Assembly: GCA_964508365.1 (NCBI GenBank)
Contig: CAZDTP010000043.1
Span: 1-34,719 of the forward strand
Reading direction: 5' to 3'
DNA from: an uncultured archaeon
Lineage (GTDB): Archaea > Asgardarchaeota > Lokiarchaeia > Sigyniarchaeales > SOKP01
DNA: 34,719 nucleotides
In this document: positions 28,104 to 34,719 of the stretch, piece after piece
How positions within the stretch are numbered: position 1 is the first letter of the stretch
Layout: each line of letters starts with the position of its first letter
Made by a program: the position numbers and the translations under genes
Notes under the pieces: model-generated
Database searches by the model: none
Seen by the model: only the letters and a program-made list of their open reading frames with translations
Told to the model about the DNA's origin: nothing

Positions 28104-29408
28104 ATGGAAGAAGAAAAAAAAAATAAATTTATGACTCAAGCTATAAATGACGAAATCCTTGAAAAGTTAAGTTTAAAAAACAGGTATTCGTTTTTAAACA
28201 CAAATTTAACAGCTATTTTGGAACCAAACGAGTTTAATTTTCTAAAAAAAGTTCAAAAATTCTGCATGCGGTTTGAAAAGAAAAATAATATTACGCACGG
28301 ACCTGACGAAGATATTTACGACTGGATTCCTGCGTTTGGTGCTGAAGGTTACCTAACAAGAGCTCACTCCTTTGAAATGTGTGATATTAATTTCGAAGAA
28401 TATGGTGCAACCGCGGAATTTATGAAATGTTTAGCCGTAGACTTTTTTGATCCCCAATTTGCGTTAGCTGGGGGTGCAACCGTGCTAGCTATCAACCCTA
28501 TTTACGAACATCACGAAAATATACCCATTAGATTAGAAATCATGAAAAAGTTTGTGACAGGGGAAACGCCAGGGGCAATATTGATCACCGAACCAGAAAG
28601 GGGCTCGGACGCAGTACACATGTTAACCACTTGCGACGAACAGCCTGACGGATCTTTCCTTCTAAACGGAGAAAAGATTTTCAACACCAACGCACCTAAA
28701 GCAGGATATGTCGTTGCTTACGCTACAGCAGAGCAAAACAACGGGAACACGATGGCTCAATTCTTAATTGATACATCGTGGGACGGTTGGAACTGCGAGC
28801 GTGTTTACATTCCGTACGTACCAAAAGTCTGGTTGGGGAAAGAAAGGCTCGATAACCTTAGAGTGCCAAAAGATTACGTGTTAGGCGGTGTAGGAAAGGG
28901 TCGGGAACACCTTTTTGAAGGTTTAGTTCCAGAAAGAATAGGAATAGCAATTGATTGCATAGCTCAGAGTTGGAACGCGGTTGCTCATGCTGCCATATAT
29001 GTCAACAATAGAAAGCAATTCGATCAAATGGTTCTTAAATTCCAAGGAGTGGGTTTTCTCCTAACTGATCTCTGGGCAAGATTAACTAATGTCACGCTCG
29101 GACTTTTAATGTTTTGTCATAATTATGATAATAAGATGGAAAAGTTTGGAGGAGCGCTTCCTAGAAACATTTCTCAAGCTTTAGTAGCTTCTGCAAGTCA
29201 GTTCAAGTATCACGCTGCTAAACTTGCACAAGAAATTTGTTATGAAAGTGCAAATCTTATGGGCGGTGCAGGTTTATGCGATAATACTCTAATGCAAGAT
29301 TTATTAAGCATGTCCAGAATCGCTGAAATTGTTGGAGGAAGTAGACAAATACAACAATACATCCTTAGCATGGCTATGAGACAACTTTACAAGATGAGTG
29401 GTATTTAA
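28104..29408 (+). CDS. Acyl-CoA dehydrogenase (paralog 2)
   Basis: Same motifs and same length (434 aa) as paralog 1; tandem duplicate. Confidence 0.92.
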   Translation: MEEEKKNKFMTQAINDEILEKLSLKNRYSFLNTNLTAILEPNEFNFLKKVQKFCMRFEKKNNITHGPDEDIYDWIPAFGAEGYLTRAHSFEMCDINFEEYGATAEFMKCLAVDFFDPQFALAGGATVLAINPIYEHHENIPIRLEIMKKFVTGETPGAILITEPERGSDAVHMLTTCDEQPDGSFLLNGEKIFNTNAPKAGYVVAYATAEQNNGNTMAQFLIDTSWDGWNCERVYIPYVPKVWLGKERLDNLRVPKDYVLGGVGKGREHLFEGLVPERIGIAIDCIAQSWNAVAHAAIYVNNRKQFDQMVLKFQGVGFLLTDLWARLTNVTLGLLMFCHNYDNKMEKFGGALPRNISQALVASASQFKYHAAKLAQEICYESANLMGGAGLCDNTLMQDLLSMSRIAEIVGGSRQIQQYILSMAMRQLYKMSGI

Positions 29409-29609
29409 GACATCCAATTTCTTCACATCTCTATTTTTTTTTATTTTTATTATCTACACTTAGAAACAGTAGTTAAATCTTTTACTTGGAGCACTTCTAT
29501 TCTTTACATTATTTTTTATTAAAAAAATAACTGTAGATAATATTGGTATAAAAGAAAAAGAAAAAAAAAGGAACTTATATATTTAATAATTTATCCAGTT
29601 CACAGAGAC

Positions 29610-30935
29610 TTAGGAAACTGACATTTTATAAAGTTGACGTAAGCTCATACTCATGATATACTGTTGTATTTGCCGACTGCCGCCAACTATTTCTTGGATT
29701 CTCGAGATATTCATATAGTCGTGCATCAGTGTGTTGTCACATAAACCTGCGCCACCCATGTTATTCGCACATTCATAGCAAACTTTTTTCGCGAGTTTCG
29801 AAGCGTGATACTTGAACTGACTTGCTGAGGCAACCATTGCTTGGGAAATGTTTTTTGGGATTTCTCCACCGAATTTTTCGAATTTTTCATCAAATGACTC
29901 ACAAAATTTGAGCAAACCAAGGGTTAAATTAGTAGTTCTTGCCCAGAGATCGGTCAAAAGAAAACCTACTCCTTGGAATTTAAGAATCATTTGGTTAAAT
30001 TGTTCTCTGTTGTTAGCATAAATTATTGCATGTGCTAATGCTCCCCAGCATTCACTAACACCCATTATTGCGATAGAAATTCTCTCTGGGACTAACCCCT
30101 CAAACATGTGCTCACGTCCTTTCCCAATTCCTCCTAACACATATTCTTTTGGAACCCGAACATTCGTAAGTGTTTCTTTTCCAAGATAGAGCTTTGGAAC
30201 CCATGGTACTCCAGCACGTTCTACGTGAAATCCGTCCCAATTGGTATTAATTAAGAATTGTGCCATCGTGTTCCCGTTGTTTTTCTCTGCTGTGGCGTAT
30301 GCAACAACCCATTTGGAACGCGGAGCATTAGTATTAAAAATTTTAACTCCGTTGAGCAAAAACGAGCCATCTTCCTGCTGATCACAAGTGGTTAATTGAT
30401 GTACGGCATCCGAACCTCTCTCTGGTTCTGTGATAAGAATAGCTCCAGGAGACACTCCAGTAACCATATCTTTAAGAGCTTCTAATCGTTCTGGAACATT
30501 TTCGTGATGTTCGTATACAGGATTTATTGCAAGGACGGTCGCACCTCCTCCCATCGCAAATTGTGGATCAAACATATCGATTGCTAAATTTCTCAAAAAA
30601 TCAGGTGCTAAACCCCAATCGTCGTAATGAACATCGCATACATCAAACGTGTGTTGACGGGTTATGTAGCCTTCGGCTCCAAACGCGGGAACCCACTCGT
30701 AAATATCTTCGTCAGGTCCGTGCGTAATATTGTTTTTTTTTTCAAACCGCATACAAAATCGTTGGACTTCTTTAAGGAAGTTAAATTCTTTTGTTGAAAG
30801 TATAGCCATTAGATTATTGTTCAAGAAAGAATATCGATTCTTAAGGCTAAATTTCGCAAGAATTTCGTCGTTAATTGCTTGCACTTCAAATTTTTTACCT
30901 GGCATATTAATTTCGTGACCTTTTATGATTTTCAT
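29610..30935 (-). CDS. Acyl-CoA dehydrogenase (paralog 3, inverted)
   Basis: Same motifs; convergent with paralog 2. Confidence 0.92.
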   Translation of the reverse strand: MKIIKGHEINMPGKKFEVQAINDEILAKFSLKNRYSFLNNNLMAILSTKEFNFLKEVQRFCMRFEKKNNITHGPDEDIYEWVPAFGAEGYITRQHTFDVCDVHYDDWGLAPDFLRNLAIDMFDPQFAMGGGATVLAINPVYEHHENVPERLEALKDMVTGVSPGAILITEPERGSDAVHQLTTCDQQEDGSFLLNGVKIFNTNAPRSKWVVAYATAEKNNGNTMAQFLINTNWDGFHVERAGVPWVPKLYLGKETLTNVRVPKEYVLGGIGKGREHMFEGLVPERISIAIMGVSECWGALAHAIIYANNREQFNQMILKFQGVGFLLTDLWARTTNLTLGLLKFCESFDEKFEKFGGEIPKNISQAMVASASQFKYHASKLAKKVCYECANNMGGAGLCDNTLMHDYMNISRIQEIVGGSRQIQQYIMSMSLRQLYKMSVS

Positions 30936-31187
30936 TTTGTAATTTAATTTAGATATAAGAAGGTGAATACTATTTTCTTTTTTAACCTTTTTTTCAAATG
31001 GTATTCTATATAATTCAGAAACATTCGGAATAAGATTAAGTTTGAGCCTTAGGATTTTAATAATGAGATTTGTAACCTTACCTCTTTAAAAAAGAAAGTG
31101 TTCAGGTTTTTTTTCTAGTCTAGAGAGAATTTAATAAACACATAAATGTAATAAATCTTATTTAATATCGACCTTATTTAACAATTA

Positions 31188-32090
31188 ATGAAAATTTTAC
31201 TAACTGGAAGCTCCGGTTTTATTGGATCTGCTCTAAAGCGATTATTAGAAGAAGAGGGTATTGAAGTTGTACCTTTTGATATCAAAGATAATCCATTAGA
31301 TGATGTTCGAGATTTTTCAGCTTTACAATCCAAAGTATTGGGTGTAGATGGCATTGTTCATTTAGCAGCAGTGAGTAGAGTGAAAATTGCACATGAAAAT
31401 CCTTTAGAATGCGTAAATACTAATATTGGAGGTATAATTAATGTGCTCGAGTCTGCAAGACTGTTTCGCGCAGATAATAATAATCCTTGGGTGATATTTG
31501 GATCCTCTCGAGAGGTATATGGTGAGTCTGCAATCTTACCTGTAAATGAATCGTCAACTCGTAAAGCGATTAACATCTATGGAGTCTCTAAACTATCTGG
31601 AGAGGAATTATGTAAAGTATACTCAAAGAATTATGGATTAAAAGTAAGAGTATTAAGATTTTCCAATGTTTACACAGGAAAAAACGATCATTTAGATAGA
31701 GTCATACCAAAGTTTATTTTACAGGCTTTTAATGAAGAAGATTTGATCATTAATGGAACAGGAGAGGAAATTTTCGATTTTACTTATATTGATGATACTA
31801 TTCAAGGAATTTGGGGCTGTGTTCAGGAAATAGAGAGGAATAAGCACCTTTTTGACGATTTCAACATATCAACAGGAATCCCAATATCATTAAAACAATT
31901 AGCCGACACTATTATTAAAAAGACTCGAAGCAAAAGCAAAGTTGATTTTACTAAGCCAAGATCTTACGATGTCAACAAATTTTACGCAAACCCTAGTAAA
32001 GCAATAAAAATACTTGGATTTCTGCCAAAAATTACATTAGATGAGGGAATTGATTTATCTATAGCGGAACTTAAAAAAAAGCCTTCCTAA
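31188..32090 (+). CDS. NAD-dependent epimerase/dehydratase (extended SDR)
   Basis: GSSGFIG, HLAA, SSREVYG, YGVSK (YxxxK), DFTYIDD. Confidence 0.9.
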   Translation: MKILLTGSSGFIGSALKRLLEEEGIEVVPFDIKDNPLDDVRDFSALQSKVLGVDGIVHLAAVSRVKIAHENPLECVNTNIGGIINVLESARLFRADNNNPWVIFGSSREVYGESAILPVNESSTRKAINIYGVSKLSGEELCKVYSKNYGLKVRVLRFSNVYTGKNDHLDRVIPKFILQAFNEEDLIINGTGEEIFDFTYIDDTIQGIWGCVQEIERNKHLFDDFNISTGIPISLKQLADTIIKKTRSKSKVDFTKPRSYDVNKFYANPSKAIKILGFLPKITLDEGIDLSIAELKKKPS

Positions 32091-32170
32091 ACCTGTAAAA
32101 GTTCTTAATTTAAGATATAAATTTAAAAAAATAAAAAAAATAAATAGATAATGATTAAAGTATGTAAGAA

Positions 32171-32383
32171 TTAATCGTCCTCTTCATCGGCTCCCATTAA
32201 GGATTCGATTTTATTTTCGAGTTCTTCAATTTTATCGTTAAGGGCATCAATTTTTTTGTACGTCTCGCAGGTTTCGCACCCATCGTCTTCTTGGCATTGT
32301 GGAAGAGTGTCGCAAACTTCCTCGAGCGTGTCCATTTCATCCTTCAATTTTTCAACTTCTTCTTGAAGATCATCAATACTCAT
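32171..32383 (-). CDS. Small acidic coiled-coil protein with a central 4-Cys cluster
   Basis: Heptad repeats flank C-x5-C-x5-C-x2-C. Confidence 0.75.
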   Translation of the reverse strand: MSIDDLQEEVEKLKDEMDTLEEVCDTLPQCQEDDGCETCETYKKIDALNDKIEELENKIESLMGADEEDD

Positions 32384-32508
32384 ATTTTACACCTTTACTA
32401 ATAAAACCATTAGATCATATGTTTGGTAGAATATTTATTTTATTATAGAGTTAGTAAACAAATGATTTCTGTAATAAAAAAGAAAAAATGAAGTTATAAA
32501 ATTTTTTA

Positions 32509-34554
32509 TTAAGTTTTTAGTTTATTCATTTTGGTTTCGATCTTTTTGTCTAGTGCGTCAATCTCTTGAGTTAAATTTTTTGTTTCTACGGATATTTTCT
32601 CAAACCTACTCTCTTGATCGTTGAGTTTCTTGACATAGCGCTCCTTCAGAGTGATGGATTGGGTATCCTCTCCTAATATAGATATATTTTCTCTAAGCCT
32701 TGATTGTTCGTCAGACATTTGGTCTCTTTCTTCAACCAATTTCGATCGATCCTTTATTTTTTGGTTTGAATCTTGGATTAATTCTGCAATTTCTTTTAAT
32801 TCATTTTCCAACTTTTCATTGATAAATTTTTGCTTAACATAAAACCCGACTCTCTTTAATATGTCATCTCTAGACCAATTTCTTAAGTAATTGCTTGAGT
32901 AATCCTCTCTTTGTTCTTTTAGTTTAAAAGTTATAGCATCTTTGGGCTTTAAAGTGATTTTAAAGCGCCAATAATTAGGTGTTTCTTCGGGATCAACAGG
33001 TTTTTCAATAAATTTATAACCATAAGTTTTAGGGTGATCTAAATAGAGTTCCTTTTCTTCACTAGTTTTATTTTTTATTTTGTATGTAGTCATCATGTTC
33101 GTGTAGTAATATTCGTAAGAATACCCGCTTCCTATAGTAATTTTATGAACGCTTAAGCTTTCGGTTTTAACTTCGTGTGTAATTAAAATTGCTTGTTCTA
33201 CAGCATAATTTAATAAACGCGTGTCTTCTTTGTTAAGAAAAGGAATTATTGCTTCACCTGCTAAATTATCGTCGTAAATTATTGTCACAGGTCCTCTTTC
33301 AAGTGTTAGATTCGTATTATTTGTGATCTCAAGGCACGCATTTGGGTTTTTATCGTATTCGTTTTTGTTGTACAACAACACTCGCCTCGCTTTAATCACC
33401 TCTGTTAAAATTGGGACTAACGCAGATTGTTTCCTTTTAATGGTTACTGGGTTAGATATATTGTATTCAAAGAGTTCTCCTAAATCTTTAGTTTGTACTT
33501 GCGTTTGGGATTTTACCTTGTCCAACAGAGCATCATCAGACATTACACCCCTCATGCCACCATATCCTGCTGGTGCTCCTGGTGCAGGTGGAGGCATTCC
33601 CATACGTCCCTTTTTTGCCATTTTCATCATTGCTTTAGGTGCTGCTTCTAAAGCGTCCATTTCGTACTCTTCATATTCCTCCATTTTTAATCCTTCTTCG
33701 ATTTCAGTGGGTTTTACACTTAAAACTCTTGGAGGTCGTATTACAGGGCGCTTGATAAAAATTGGGCGATAAAATTCATATTTAAATGAGACAGGCATTC
33801 CAGCTACTAGCGATAACTCCACATTTTCCCAATCTTGATTAGTTGTATTTTCTATAAGGCTCCATCCAGAAAGTAGACATTTTTCTTCTTGAGCTTGTTC
33901 CTTACTCATTATCAAGCGATAAGATGTTTTCCAAATTGGACTTTCTCGGATATAATATACAAAAATGATCCTTTCAACTTCATTGTCCCCTCCCGATTCG
34001 CAATTGATAATGATTTTTTTTGCGTCTTTTTTCTTCCCTGATATAACGGTATCCAAAAAGAATTTAAGATCCTTTTTTATCTCGTCATTCATGATTTCAA
34101 AAGATTTGAAATCTGAGAAATTGAATTTAGAGATTTCGTCGTTTTCTTGGAGTAGAATTAGCAGATTTTCTACAGTTTTCTCACTCTTATTCATCTTTTC
34201 TATTTCCTCAATTCCAATGATCGTTCCTACTATAATTTTACCCCCTGTAACGGTTAACTTAACATCTGCCCCTTTTATCTGCGTAATAAGAGACGACAAA
34301 GACCCTCTATCAGGAATATTGAGCATTATTGATTTTAAAAGTTGAGAGGTTTCTAGAGCAGCGTCATATGAAATTGAGCTAATATAACCTTTATCACTAG
34401 TATCCAAAACAAAGAGAGATTTTAATACGTCATCCATTTCATCAATTTTAAACTCTAACTCGAAGGTACCTGTTCCTATAACATTACCTTCAAGAATGTA
34501 ATAAGAGATCCCTGATTTATGAATAATTACTTTCTTGACATTTAATTTCGACAT
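32509..34554 (-). CDS. DUF4139/DUF4140-type protein with a C-terminal coiled coil
   Basis: WKTSYRL, IENTTNQDWENVELSLVAG.P, LFEY.I..PVTIKRKQSALVPI, LERGPVTI; long terminal coiled coil. Confidence 0.75.
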   Translation of the reverse strand: MSKLNVKKVIIHKSGISYYILEGNVIGTGTFELEFKIDEMDDVLKSLFVLDTSDKGYISSISYDAALETSQLLKSIMLNIPDRGSLSSLITQIKGADVKLTVTGGKIIVGTIIGIEEIEKMNKSEKTVENLLILLQENDEISKFNFSDFKSFEIMNDEIKKDLKFFLDTVISGKKKDAKKIIINCESGGDNEVERIIFVYYIRESPIWKTSYRLIMSKEQAQEEKCLLSGWSLIENTTNQDWENVELSLVAGMPVSFKYEFYRPIFIKRPVIRPPRVLSVKPTEIEEGLKMEEYEEYEMDALEAAPKAMMKMAKKGRMGMPPPAPGAPAGYGGMRGVMSDDALLDKVKSQTQVQTKDLGELFEYNISNPVTIKRKQSALVPILTEVIKARRVLLYNKNEYDKNPNACLEITNNTNLTLERGPVTIIYDDNLAGEAIIPFLNKEDTRLLNYAVEQAILITHEVKTESLSVHKITIGSGYSYEYYYTNMMTTYKIKNKTSEEKELYLDHPKTYGYKFIEKPVDPEETPNYWRFKITLKPKDAITFKLKEQREDYSSNYLRNWSRDDILKRVGFYVKQKFINEKLENELKEIAELIQDSNQKIKDRSKLVEERDQMSDEQSRLRENISILGEDTQSITLKERYVKKLNDQESRFEKISVETKNLTQEIDALDKKIETKMNKLKT

Positions 34555-34597
34555 AAAAAGTATATGTCGATTTACTAATTTAAATTTTGATTCTTTT

Positions 34598-34642
34598 AAA
34601 AAAAAATAATGAACAGATAGGATATTGCTATATTCTGTTCAT
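34598..34642 (-). terminator. Hairpin followed by a U-tract after the partial gene at the right edge
   Basis: 9-bp inverted repeat ATGAACAGA (34609-34617) / TCTGTTCAT (34634-34642), followed on the minus strand by a long T run. Confidence 0.45.
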
Positions 34643-34719
34643 AGACTTTCTTTCAATATTTCTAGAGTATCTTCTTCAATCGTTTCTTTTGGATGTTCTT
34701 TAATCTGACCGAGATATTC
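34639..34719 (-). CDS. 3' end of a gene entering from the right edge (partial)
   Basis: Minus frame EYLGQIKEHPKETIEEDTLEILKESL then TGA at 34641-34639. Confidence 0.5.
   Translation of the reverse strand, partial: EYLGQIKEHPKETIEEDTLEILKESL

Noticed and set aside
1094-34345. Numerous 60-160 aa ORFs antisense to or overlapping long genes (e.g. 1094-1405, 1940-2419, 14213-14431, 24240-24572, 33323-33772, 33965-34345)
   Set aside because: They are shadow frames of well-supported genes with no recognizable motifs.
1-34719. Mobile elements or integrated virus
   Set aside because: No transposase, integrase, terminal inverted repeats with target duplication, or capsid genes were recognized. The inverted repeats near 17.6-17.8 kb are explained by the 5S precursor.

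Overview
AT-rich archaeal chromosomal window, most likely from an Asgard archaeon (Lokiarchaeia/Promethearchaeia-like). This placement is inferred from a ribosomal protein eL22 homolog, a Rab-like small GTPase and a longin/roadblock protein alongside archaeal information-processing genes. Protein genes include a ROK kinase, a phosphohexomutase, UvrC, ribose-1,5-bisphosphate isomerase next to form III RuBisCO, CitG, TFS, a RecJ/Cdc45-like DHH protein, aIF2-gamma, a C25 peptidase, a multi-PAS/GAF sensor, a PIN nuclease, aIF1A, Spt5, three acyl-CoA dehydrogenase paralogs, an SDR epimerase and a DUF4139-type protein. Two RNA-level features are invisible to the ORF track. (1) A circularly permuted 5S rRNA gene (17669-17789): the 3' half comes first, a C(UUCG)G tetraloop closes helix I, then the 5' half follows. 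It is bracketed by a long inverted-repeat stem and a bulge-helix-bulge (BHB)-like motif whose predicted cuts and ligation rebuild a canonical 5S as a 121-nt circle. (2) A 29-nt canonical BHB intron (14337-14365) splits the P-loop of an HhH-fused aIF2-gamma; its predicted removal restores GHVDHG-KTT in frame. Both point to use of the archaeal tRNA-splicing endonuclease/ligase on non-tRNA substrates. All splicing claims are predictions from sequence; no searches or folding programs were run.
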